Shown: one piece after another, positions 1-11,480 of the stretch
Layout: each line of letters opens with the position of its first letter
Numbering within the stretch: the first letter of the stretch is position 1
Source of the DNA: Eutreptiella sp. 'Long Island Sound 2002'
Lineage: Eukaryota > Protista > Euglenida
DNA length: 64,000 bases
Direction of reading: 5' to 3'
Assembly: GCA_964036045.1 (NCBI GenBank)
Contig: OZ038378.1
Span: 9,982,001 to 10,046,000, forward strand
Notes under the pieces: generated by a model
Told to the model about the DNA's origin: nothing
Databases searched by the model: none
Seen by the model: only the letters and a program-made list of their open reading frames with translations
Position numbers and translations under genes: made by a program

Positions 1-679
1 CATTGGTGGGTTGATTCTCTTCCTTTGTGCCGGTCTCGTTCCCGGATCCCTCAGACTCCATCGTAAGCGCAAGATTGAGGAAACCAAGGCACACGTGTTT
101 CCTTCTACAAAATTTGTGAAGAGGCTCATGAGGGTACGGTTCGATCCGTCGGAAAGTGCTCATTCAAGACGAAGGGTACCACGACTCGGTGAGGCGAGAG
201 CCATTCAATGTTGCAAACGATCATGTAAAACAATCAACGCCCTTCAATCATGGTTTATTGGTCTTGTTTGCCCATCTTCATTGGTTTGATTCGGTTTGTC
301 CTTAGTCAATGGGGATTGGTTCTTTGAACGCACAAGCGATTGGTCTTTCCGTGAACCGTCCGCCTTGTGCGGGCTCCCGGTCCCCCGTGAGACGGCCGTC
401 GAGATTCTTTCGATCGCGCCCAAAAATTTTGTGGGGCAGAGAAAGCGATGATAATTGGTGGCGATGTATGATGATATCATATATGATATTCGAGTCAATT
501 GTTCCCTTGAAAGGTTGCGTTTGGAGGTTGCATATTCACAATGGTGCTTGTGATTCAAAATAGCATGGGAACAATGGACATCGACATATGACGGAAGGCA
601 ACGAAGGAACTTAACTGCCCAAAGCACATGAAATAAGATCTTTTCCCTAAAAATGATTCCATTGAATTTTGCCATCGGT

Positions 680-2400
680 CGGCTTGGGAATGTTTTGTCT
701 TTTGCATGCACCCCCGCTGCCAGCGGAGGTATCCTCCAAAATACCTCTACGCGATCTACACATACTCTCTACAAGTGATAGCATACGCGGTTTCCGATGT
801 TTGAATGTTTGTTTGCGGACAATATCGACAATTAGCACAAGGGGAAGAACCAGGCGGCGAAAACAATTTTTCTCGACTATGATTCCGTTTGTCTTATGGT
901 GGGTTCGGATAGTTTCTAGGTCCCTTTGACTAGTGCTTGTGCAGACACTCGCCGAGTGTCGATGGTTTTGGGACCCTCGGGTGCATGTTTGTAAGCCGTC
1001 GATTTGCCGCTTTGTGACGTGGTTGGTTGTATCTCCCATATTGGTGAAATGATGCAGTTGCTTCAAGGTGACTTTGTGGTGTCGGTGGAATAAAAATTCC
1101 CATTCTCGTGTCATGTTGCTACACATTGTGCAGCAACTTCGGTTGTTCAAAGTATGTGCGCATGGGATGCATCTGTGAGTTGTTGTGTAAACGCGCAGTT
1201 GATCGTCATTGCAATTAAGCCGTGTCTCAACGAGTACGAACCAATGCAAGATAGAAGTGCAATACACATCGTAGCATTATACCCACCATCGGTTTCACAA
1301 TTTCTTAATGAAGAAATGCTATCACCGACCGTGGTGGCAGAAAGCGTTTCTCATGTAGTGTGCCAGTGCACGCGCCACAGGGTGGAAAATAGCGAACAAA
1401 AGGACTAGGACATGTCGGACGCTAGCCAAACATAGGGGAAGCATTTTTTGGTGATGCTTGGGGATCAAATGTTCTGGTCACTCACCAGGAAAGCTTATTG
1501 CAAGAAGAAAAGCCACGTCCCTCCGCCCCTCACAATCAACCGCTCATCGGGAAGCAAGAGGAAGATACTTGCCGAGGCAGCATTTCAAAGCAATTGTGCC
1601 GGCGATGCACGCCCGAAGAATGTGGGCACAAAAACATAGAGTAGGTCGACAAGTGCACACACATGCACCACAAAACCTCCCAAAACTTGCTTCCCCGACC
1701 CACGTCATTCATAGCGGATGCTTGTGCTTTTGCGTTGAACGGGGGACAAATACGGGGTGAGGGAGCAAGCTTGCGTGGCCGGGTGTTTTGAGTAGTCCTA
1801 TGCGTGTGTAACCTTTGGCAAATGCGCCTCATGCCAAGCAACCAAAATTGTGCTAGTTTTTTTTATTCCCGCCTCCTGTGTGCCACCACTACATCTATTT
1901 GACCACAAGCAAAAAAGAATGGCCGGTTGCAACTTATTCTCGTGTGTGTGTGATGCGCGCTTGATGAAGTGCGAGATGAACACTCAGAAGATGCAAATTT
2001 TGACGAAAGCCGACCATTCCAAAATGTTGTAAACATCAGAAACCTACTTCGTTCGTGAGGCGCTCGTGTGCGAGGCATTTCGCCAAAACATAAAGACGCT
2101 TCGCTTGCTAGGTGATGCCACCTTATGCCTCCAACATGTTAAGATTCCAAGGTTCGGAAATCGTACGAGGGTACATGTCCCGTGGGCTCGAATGTGGTAA
2201 TACTTGTGGATTGATTTGATGTGCTCAATCCACGACGTTTGCTCGCCGTATCGGGCGGGTTGGAGTGTGTGGGTGGGTTACACTAGCACAACACCAAGCA
2301 CAATTTTATCCGAACCCACTATGGCGGTAGATAGCCCCACATGAGCAAGCGCGCGAACGCACATTGAATACTCTTCACGTGGACGATAGACTAACGTGTT
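680..2400 (-). pseudogene. Highly decayed Penelope-like retroelement remnant (GIY-YIG endonuclease end; RT part barely recognisable)
   Basis: Manual minus-strand translation near 860-700 gives PGSSPCANCRYC...AYAITCR...YFG, resembling the PLE C-x2-C-x2-C plus GIY-YIG layout. It is riddled with stops and frameshifts. Upstream there is a weak IVGSDK-like motif. Boundaries approximate. Confidence 0.4.
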
Positions 2401-3373
2401 CAATTTTCTCCGAGCCGAGTGCAAGGCACCGAGGACCCTTCGTTGAGAGCCCGTAGCTCAACTTGCGATGGCGCACCTTGCTTTGCTCTTATGTTTGTTC
2501 ACGTTGTGTGCACCCAACATCTACTTTCCACGGCAGTCAAAACATGTTTTTTGTTTCTTGATATTTTGTCTCCAAGTCCAAACCCAGACAAAATTCCATC
2601 AGTGGACACATCCGCATCGTATGGCCTTCCTCCACAACTTGTGTGCATGTACTTTTAGTTTGCCGTTCGCTATTGAACTAGTTTCGTGGAAAACTAGTTG
2701 TGCCCTCGAATGATTTGCTCCCTTGCGAAACGCCCTCATGCGAGCGCCTACCCCACTAGAGTTGGGAATGGTTGGTATTGCACGTCAAGGGAGGAGCAAA
2801 TCGAATTTGTGCGGCGACGGCTGCAGTTGGGTTAGGCAGAATTCCACTTCAGGATGGTGGTGCTGAGTTGTAAGTGGAACTCCGCAATTTGGTGCTACTA
2901 TGAGTTGATAAGGTGTCAACAAGATGAGAGGGCAGACCACCGAAGGCGTGTTAGCCTGCAAGCATCCATTTTCTTGATTTTCCATTGAACCCTCCGATGC
3001 TTGTCCGTGCCCACATACCACTTATTGTCTCGCCATGAGACAATGCCCGTATCGCTGCCTAGATCCACCACTCGAATTTGGCTGCCCCACCATGCCCCAC
3101 ACAGTTAAGAAGGTGCATTTACGCTTGACGGCGGAATTTCTTTTACAATGCCTTAAATGAATGACGTGGAAGCTGAACCCCAGGGACAGATCATTCCGTA
3201 AAAAGGGAATGATGGAGCGTTTGATTGTCTCTCGCAAGGGGGTGCTAGAGTGAATTAGGGTTAGGGCTGTTCGGGAAAGGGATGCAGACAAAACCCGCCG
3301 TTCAAATGCATCCTCGGGGTAGGGGGATCATTTGCTTTGGCTGTATTGTGTTGAAAGCTCCAACTGTGGCGGA

Positions 3374-6300
3374 TCATTGAATACAAAGGAGGCCATGCGG
3401 GCTTGACGAATTTCTGGCAGCCCAAAATAACTTCCCTGATTCCACAATAGGGTGGTTGCAACTCCCCGTTCTATTCATGGCTAGGCCAGGGCAGGTTTGG
3501 GTCGTCACGTTCCGGAATTGCACCGGCCATTTAAACACAGCGCAGACCAGTTTTATGACCGCTTGCCTTCCATTCGCTTCTTGCTGCCTCAGCATTATGC
3601 AGAATATTTCGTGTGGAGAAGCTCCGTGCGGGTGTACCCAACCCAACCCCGTCACGCACGAAATGTTCTGACCAACGCCGTTGAGCACCTTGGATGCGCC
3701 TTCAGTTAGTCCAACGTGTTCTGCCCTGTTGTTGGGTCGGCCGGCTGCGGTTGCTCCAAACGAAACCCCCCCCCCCGCTCTAACAGTGCGTTTCGTTTCT
3801 GGCACCAATTCGCATCATCATTCATTCCCACTCCTTTTCGAAGTTATGTGGTTTGAGTGGTTGCAATCCAGTAGCTCTTGGGAGGTGGCGGTGTTGCACA
3901 AGGCCAGTCCACATTACCCCCGCCCGTGGGGTGGGATGGTGGGTTACTCAGCAATGCCCCACACCCTACCGCATCCGTCGTGTGCAGGTGGCTGCGGGAG
4001 GACCGAAATTGTTTGAGTTCTTTCCAGTGCATCAGTGAAAGTGAGCCCAGGGGCACCCTTTTGACGGAGTGTCGTGCACATTGCGGTACAAGGCCGCATA
4101 ACAATTCCTTTCACAGCAGCCCTACATGGTATCCTCTGCCCGCTGTCCCGCGGTGTACTGCGTATACGCTGCGCGTTTCAGTCTCCTTCAACACTGCCCA
4201 AGTCCTGCCTTTACCCTCCTCCTCCTGCTCCTCACCGCGCTCCTCAGGGCCCGAGTGTGAGGGGGCCCCCTGCAGTGCCGCAAATGCCCCCCTGCAGGCG
4301 TGCCCCTCTCCAATGTGCAGTGGGTGCAGCTTGCGAAGGTACCCGAGCTGACCCCACGGTACTCACGGGAACGTGTGCAATGAGTGAGGGGGTCCCTTTC
4401 ACCGGGAGGGTGTGTACCGAGGGGTGGCACGGATAACAGCTGCCCCCCCACGCAAGGCAGGGGGGCCAACCTTCAGTGCTGCCAGCAGGTGCCTATCACA
4501 AGACTCTGTGGGTGTGCATGTGGTCAGGATTCTCTGCAGCTTTATGAGTTGCCGCCATTGTTGTCGAGGGAGCGCAGTCTCAGGGCGTCCGGCACTGCCA
4601 ACAGCTGTCCCCAAACCGCACGTGTGCAATGAGGTGGCCTGCGCATAGCGCTGTCAACAATTTGTCAAAAGCAACAGACTCAGCAACACTGCCATCCACA
4701 CATGTGCCAACACCGGTAGATGACGGAACCATTTGCCTTGCTTTCTGGCTACACTCGCCATCTTGAATGCTGGGCACAAGTGATGTGCATGCATCATGAG
4801 CGTTGGATGACCACCTAAGCAAGCCGCATTCATGTTGCTGATGCTTGGAGACCTCCAGCAGCCTAAAGAATCACCTTCGCCAACCTCACTACCTTGGACA
4901 AGCCTCTACAACCACGACCTGCAGCACGTGTCATATCGTTCTGGAGCTCGCAATCGCCTTTTTTTGGGGGGCGACCTTCGTCAAAGCGAGGGGGTCTGGG
5001 GGCGAGGCTTTGCTCATCATTTGATGACAAGAGGATCTCATTTTGGCCCATGGGGAGCCATAAAGCCCTCTGGGGGGTGTTGGGGATGGTCCCTAAAGGA
5101 CCGGGCACTGCCGTGCACTCCTGTTGGGCGTGTTGGTGGCCGGGGCTGCGCACCACCGCAAGGAAGCAAGGAAGATACTCTGCCGTGGACAGAGTGCGAG
5201 TACTCTGGGCGAAGATATTACTGCAACGCGCTCGCCACAAATGGCGCAGAGCACAGAAGATATTGCTGCGACGCACTACCGGCAAGTCACGCGTTGGTGA
5301 GCTAGCACCCATGGCCTTGTGTGACATTCACGTTGCTGGTTGTGGTGAGCACCTCCCAGCCTGGGGTCTTCGTGATGACCGCATATCGGGCACTGATCAG
5401 GCCGTCAGGGGAGGACGCCATGGGCAGACGCTGCATTCTGGATTCCCACCCAGGCAGGTGGATGCCTGCAGTAGTGCGGATGCCTGCTTGTCATAGCAGA
5501 AGGTTCAAGGGCGAGAGGCCAGTAGGCGCTACCACAGGCTAACAGAGCCACCCACCAAGGCCTTGTGCCAAACACCCCCCCCTTCCGGCGGTGCCTATTG
5601 TCCCCCAAAACTTAAGCTGTTGTTCGTGGTTACACTCCGCTTCATTGTCTGTGCAGGTGGCTGCGGCAGGACAGAAATAACATGAATTCTTTCCCGTGCA
5701 TCAGTAAAGCTGAATTCGAGAGTCGACACTTGGCAGAGGTACAAATGCCCCATTGTAATGCAGATGCGCGTGTTGTTCATCTCCAGCCTCTGTTCCAGGC
5801 TGCCTAAAGCCTGTGCAATGTCATTGATTTTTGAAGTTGGCTGTTGCAGTTTGTCGTAGACTCAGCTTCATGCGCCTGCCTCAGGACACTTGCTCATGAG
5901 CATGCCTCAGAGGTCATGATGTCTGTTCCGCTGATTGGGGAGCACCAGCAGTGGACAATGTGGCGAGTAAATCCATAGCACGGTGCAATGCATACAGTGC
6001 AGGATACCAAACCATTGCGGGGGTGGCAGTTGTTTCGCATTTAAGATTCAATGGCACCCTGGCTCCACCAATCTTGGAGGACAGGTACCCTGCAGAAAGG
6101 GCCTAAGTTTACCTTTTTCGACCAATTTTTTTTTGAGGACCAGATCCTCCCAGTGGCCCAACATGGTATGGAGGAGGCCACGTACAACTCGGAGCCCCTG
6201 GCGGCAGAGGAGATTGTGGACTGGGCAGCATCCCTCTCCCCCGCCCCCCATGTCATTCACATTGATTTGCGCACCCCCACCTGCAACTCTTATTTGTGGG

Positions 6301-9300
6301 GGAATGCCTGGGCCACGGAGTTGTGGAGGGAACTCCGCCGCACCAGTGCCCCGGGCCCCACTGTCAAAATTTGAGATTAGGCAAGGCCATATGTGGGAGC
6401 CTCAGACTCCAAACTTGTGCTGGTGCCGCCATCTTTCCCTGCTGTGGTTCCCGCAACTGTACACAAGGCACCAAAGTTTGGGGACGCTGAAATTTCCCCC
6501 GCCCGAACGCCCCCGCGCAGGGGGGGTCTCATCGGTGGCGTTTCTTCGTTTGACATTGTCGCGAAATGATGCCCCATGCCCAGGGGTCCTCAGAGTTACA
6601 ACTTTTCCACTTGTGCACTGAAATACTCTCGATTGGAACCCAAATCAACCGGCGAACTGCTTGACATTGTTGCATCACTGGTGAAATGCCCCAATTTTTG
6701 GCTTGGGGGGGAGCGCGAGGGATGAGGACCTTGCACATCAAAAATTGGAGGACGGGGGGTTTCCAGAAGGATTTCAAGTGCTGGTTTGGGTTCCAACGGA
6801 TGGATCGCATGAGTTCTGCAATCGGATTTTGGACTTGGGAATGCCACACCTGAATGCCCAAGATAGCTGGAGTAGAGTAGAGCCCGTTGGGATGAGGTCG
6901 CTTGCTTGGTCAATGTATGGCAAGAAGTAACAGAGAAACACACTCCTCCTCCACATAAACCTGGCGCACACAAACAAGCAACAAGCAACATTTCCATGTT
7001 GTGCTTTTTTTTTGTCGTAGCGCATATGTATGGTACCATTACTCCGCATCCCCATGGGCTCCGGACAGCCCGCAACCCGGTTTGGACCCATTGCATGTGA
7101 TGTGGCTCACACTTCAAATCTTAAGCCAGCATTAGTTCACCCACAATCTCCTAGGTTTTTCCAACCGATCTTCTAGACATCCCAAACTAAACCACATTTG
7201 CCCCGTGGCCTTGCACAGGTGGCACAGGACCAAAAGGACCAAGCGCATCCATGTACATTCAATATGGCCCACAAGTAGGGATGCCACCAATCTCATATAT
7301 CCAAAAGGTAACATCCTGGAGTCACCGACCAGCTGAACACTGCACAGAGCGCAACCTCAAAGCGTACAAGGGGGGGATTTCAGGCGTGGATACTTTCGTG
7401 GGAAAACTCGTCCTGAAGGAAGGTGGCGAAAATTTCATCGTTGGCAGGTTGCAGAGGATGCTACTGGATGCGCAGAGTAAGCCCCCCCCCCCCCCAGGAT
7501 GCCCACAGCAGTGCGGATGCCCGCAGAAGTACGGATGCCTGCTTGTCATAGCAGAAGGTTCAAGGGCGAGAGGCCAATTGGCGCCGCCACAGGCTAACAG
7601 AGCCAACCACCAAGGCCTTGTGCCAACCCCCCTCCCCCAGCCCACTTGAAGGGATATGGTTGTAAAATGTAGACTGACACGTTATGCCAACAGTGGCCAA
7701 TCAACAGTGCATTTTTCAGACACAACTTGCATCGTGTCTCGTTCCCACTCCTCTTTGAAGGTATGTGATGCATTCTAGCAGCTCTTGGTAGGCCCTGTTA
7801 TACAGGGGACGTCTACCAAAGGCTCCACCTACACCTTCGCTTAGCTCACCTTAATTACGTTGCACACCCGGGGATACACTTGTAAAATGTAGAATGGCAC
7901 GTCATTCACATCCCTGGCCACCCAGTCCGGTATCAATGCAAATGCTTGGTTACAGAGCTGGGTCTTTCCCAGTGGAGGTTTTACACCCATTTTAGGGTCC
8001 AGGGTGAGCAGCAGCAAGCAGCAGCAGCAGCAGACGGTTAAGAAGTATTTGTGCGGATATCGTGGCTCAAAAACTGGCATTCCAATAGCTCAAAATGGCT
8101 GCAGAGCGTTTGTAGGCCTACATTATCTCGAACAAGTTGTGTGTGATTTCAAGCCGTCTAGCCCGTTCAATGGGCAATTTAGTCTCCAAAAATGGCAATT
8201 TCCAGCCTGTTGTCAAGACAATTGTCCTGAAAGTTCAGAACGATGGCCAGTGTGTTATGCAGGCGTCTCCAACGCGGCTGTTCTTCTTCCATGGCAATTG
8301 GCCCATGAAATGATTGCTAGTGGGTGTTCAATGAGGCGTCTCTCACACCGTGATGCCATGCGGTAGTCCGTTTTGAGGTGAAAATGAGCCGTTTTTCAAC
8401 CAAGTTGAGGAGAACGAACAGGACCCAGCTTGGTCCCAGTCGTAAGTCTTGATTGGGATAGGGAGGGGGTGGTACACGATGTGTGTGAGTTGTAAGTTAG
8501 GGGCATGGCAACAGCTCACTGATTTGTTGTGCTACCTTCCAGGCTTCTCCTAAAGAAGTCCCTTGGGTCAGTGACTGCATTAGCAATTCAAGGATTGCAT
8601 GCCTTGGTCTCAAGCAAGCCGCATCCAACGAAATGAAGGCATTTATGGAAGTTGACAATGGCAGGCTTCTGACGTGCGACCATTTGCATGAGGTATGCCT
8701 GCTGATCAGCCCTCAGATGCCTGTGCACTAGTGGTCACAAAAGTGTTGGTATCATCTGTTTTAATAAGGTCCCAAATTAATATGGATCGTACACTTACCT
8801 CAACCTCAGACCACACAAGGCCACAAGGGGGAGGGGCGGGGTGGGGTTACGGATCCTACACTGTTCCCTGTGAGTCAGGGGTTCGCCATTCGTCACATTT
8901 TTTGTCGCTTACACACCGCGCAGTGAGATTTTAGAATTGGCATTGCATTATGCTTGGATGATCCTGGTGCATCCAGAGTTGTTTTCTTCCACAACGAAAA
9001 GGCGCACTGGACATATTGATGCCAAGGAATGGCCGATTTGAATATGGATAACAGTCAATGCTCCGAGCTCTGCTCTACTTGAGTCATCTTCTGAATTCGC
9101 ATGTGGCTTTCTCAATCAAAAATTTAAGCCCAACCTCAACCATGGCACTTTTTCCACCACCAGATCTCCAGCCTACAAAATTGGCAGCCAGCCAAAATCA
9201 ACCCACCATTTTCAGGCTGGATTTCAGAAATGTCGTGGGTTTGTTGAGAGTTTTTCCAGGATTTGCATTCAAACGTCCCAATGAACGCTACTGTGGCCGA

Positions 9301-9741
9301 TCGAATTGTTCGGGAAAAAACACTGAACACAAGTACACATTCCAGCTGCAAAGTCCATGCAACCCTGTGGAAATATGGAAGTATGGGCATTTTCATGGCA
9401 AAAAGAAACGCACTTTCCCAGCCCAAGCTTTCAAGCTTTTCGTCTAGGATGTGAAGTACTGTTAATTTGACATCCCAAACAGTATTAGAGTAACCCCTCG
9501 AATCGACCATTCAAACCTGGAAATTAGTACCTTCATGAAATAATGTGTTTATCTAGATGAGTAAGCATTTCAGCGCAGATTTCAGGATGTTGGGGATTTT
9601 CCTTGAGATTTTATCGTTTATGAATTGTCTGCGATTGTCATTATTTCATTTGTACTTATAGAGCCACGTAAAGTCCACCTGATCCTCCTCCTCCTCCTCC
9701 TCCTCCTCCTCCTCCTCCGGAAGCTCCTCATCCTCCTCCAT
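3374..9741 (-). CDS. Probable spliced minus-strand gene or pseudogene of unknown product; exon structure unresolved
   Basis: Likely first coding exon at ~9679-9741: acceptor ttctctcag, then ATG and MEEDEELPEEEEEEEEEEEDQ, then GT donor. Other coding-like segments at ~8538-8695 (...DAACLRPRHAILELLMQSLTQGTSLGEAWK|gt), ~5610-5860, ~4450-4860, ~3970-4120 and 3374-3720. No domain recognised. Confidence 0.4.
5465..5590 (+). repeat. ~120-bp dispersed repeat ending in AGGCCTTGTGCCAA plus a C-run (copy 1)
   Basis: Near-identical to 7520-7640 (cggatgcctgcttgtcatagcagaaggttcaagggcgagaggcca...ccaaggccttgtgccaa). Confidence 0.85.
7520..7640 (+). repeat. ~120-bp dispersed repeat (copy 2)
   Basis: Direct match to 5465-5590. 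Confidence 0.85.
7955..8465 (-). mobile_element. Diverged, internally deleted copy of the ~1.15-kb element found in tandem at 51611-55490
   Basis: Reverse-complement similarity to both ends and the (TGCT)n tract. 8424-8464 cccagcttggtcccagtcgtaagtcttgattgggataggg vs accagctcggtcccaatattcagtcttgattagggctaggg; 7977-8020 ggttttacacccattttagggtccagggtgagcagcagcaagc vs ggttttataaccctttttagtgtctagggtggacc...agcagcaagc. Confidence 0.6.
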
Positions 9742-11480
9742 TCAATGTCTAATCGTGGCAGCTGAGAGAAGAGAAATCAGGGACAGCTCTCAGAGTCGCC
9801 AAGGGCGATTCCCTTCTGCCCTGTTTCGGTGTTAGGTGTTGCTGTGCACTACAGTCGTAGGCTGAAGCCCGGGACAAGGGGCCTGGTGCAATGGCATAGT
9901 GCCCACAAAGAGAAGGAAGGGCGATCAAGTGGTCTGTCCAGGGGAGGTGAGGCCTGCAGGTGCAAAGGTGTGCCAGGTGGGCCTTGCATGGCAGAAGGGC
10001 CCTGCCACACAGATTGAGTGGTGAAGATGTGTTGTGTAGAGCCCACTCCAGCTGCAAGAGTTACCCGGAGGGGGCTGGCCAACCGTGCAGGAAAGTTCCA
10101 ACAAACCGGGACGTAATGGCGGCGGGGAGGGCAAGGATAGGTTGGTGGAGGGGACAGAAGGGGGGTTCGCTTTTTGCTCTGGGAAAGCTTTGGACCTGCA
10201 AAGGCCCTGTGGCCCACATTTAAGTGCTGATTTGACTCGGGAAGTGTGGTGGTTTGAGCTGGCGTGTGGGGGGGGGGGAGGGGGGGGGGGGCACGTTTGG
10301 GGGTATGCTACTTCATGGCCTGTGGCCACATGCAGGACGGGCCCTTACTCTTGGGCCAGAGTCCAGATGCGGCTTGTTTTTTGTCGTGTACCTCTTACTG
10401 AGTTTTGGGGTGCGGGGGCACAGCACTGTGACTGAGCACATGCCAGTGTGGCCAAACACCTGCTGGCGTTCCCAGCAACGGGGAGAACCGGACATATCCT
10501 GTCCCTTGGCACGCCTGACGAGGTGGTCCCCTGAAGTGGACGCTGGGGTGCGCGCTGGGTTCAGGAATGTTGCTGTGCTCTGTGTTGCGGTGTTGTTGTC
10601 CACTCATGGGACCGAGAGGGTGTCTCTATCGCCCAATGGCGGAGTTGCGGAGGCCTTGAGGGCTGGGCTGGCTGCCTCGCTTTCCCTTCTCAGCCCCCCC
10701 TGTTCGGGGGATGCCTTGAGCCCATCGTGCTGCGGGACAAAGCAGTACTGTGGTTGCCCACTACCGGTACAAGATTGTTGCTGATTTGATATTAGATGTT
10801 GCCACCACAGTTCTAAAGAGCAATTCAGCCCGCTAGTTTATGTGGGCTTTTGGAAGGCAGTCGATTTGCAGGCTTGCTTGGACAGTAAGTCTTACAATTA
10901 GATGCAGCACAACCGCCCACCACCTGCCTGTACCCCCTCCCACCCCATAGGTTCCACCCACACCTTTGCTGAGCTCACCTTAATGGGGTCTCAACCCACC
11001 CACTCCCCCCGGCCCTCCTTGGAGGTCTAGGCGTTGTTTGCCAAGGGATTTTCCGTTGGTGCTACGCCCATCACTCAGTGGTTCTGACAGCTCCCCACAC
11101 AAAGCGGCATGCTGGAACCTCCGAAGCTTGGTGCCGGCTGCCACTTGTGGTGGGTGTGGCAAACCTCCCCAGGTCTTGCCCATCACATAATGAATGAATC
11201 CATGAATAATCATATTCTTGGTTGCTTCCAAAGTTAGGCCCCCTGGGTTTCCCCCATTTCCCCCATTTGCTGCATCATTCCTGGATCTGGTGGTCGAGTG
11301 GTGAGTATTAGTGGTGGTAGTATTGGAGTACCACTGTGGACAATCCATTCTGACGTTAATGTATGAACCCCAAACGGGCCATAGCTAATGATGTGTTGTT
11401 CTGATGCACCACCATGACACGCTGAGCCCCTATGCCGGTCCTGCGAGTACCACTGTCAGACGGTTGTTGTCTTGTTGCAG

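Noticed and set aside
4894-5496. WWPGLR motif as an LTR integrase remnant
   Set aside because: Only a 6-residue resemblance; no HHCC or DDE context.
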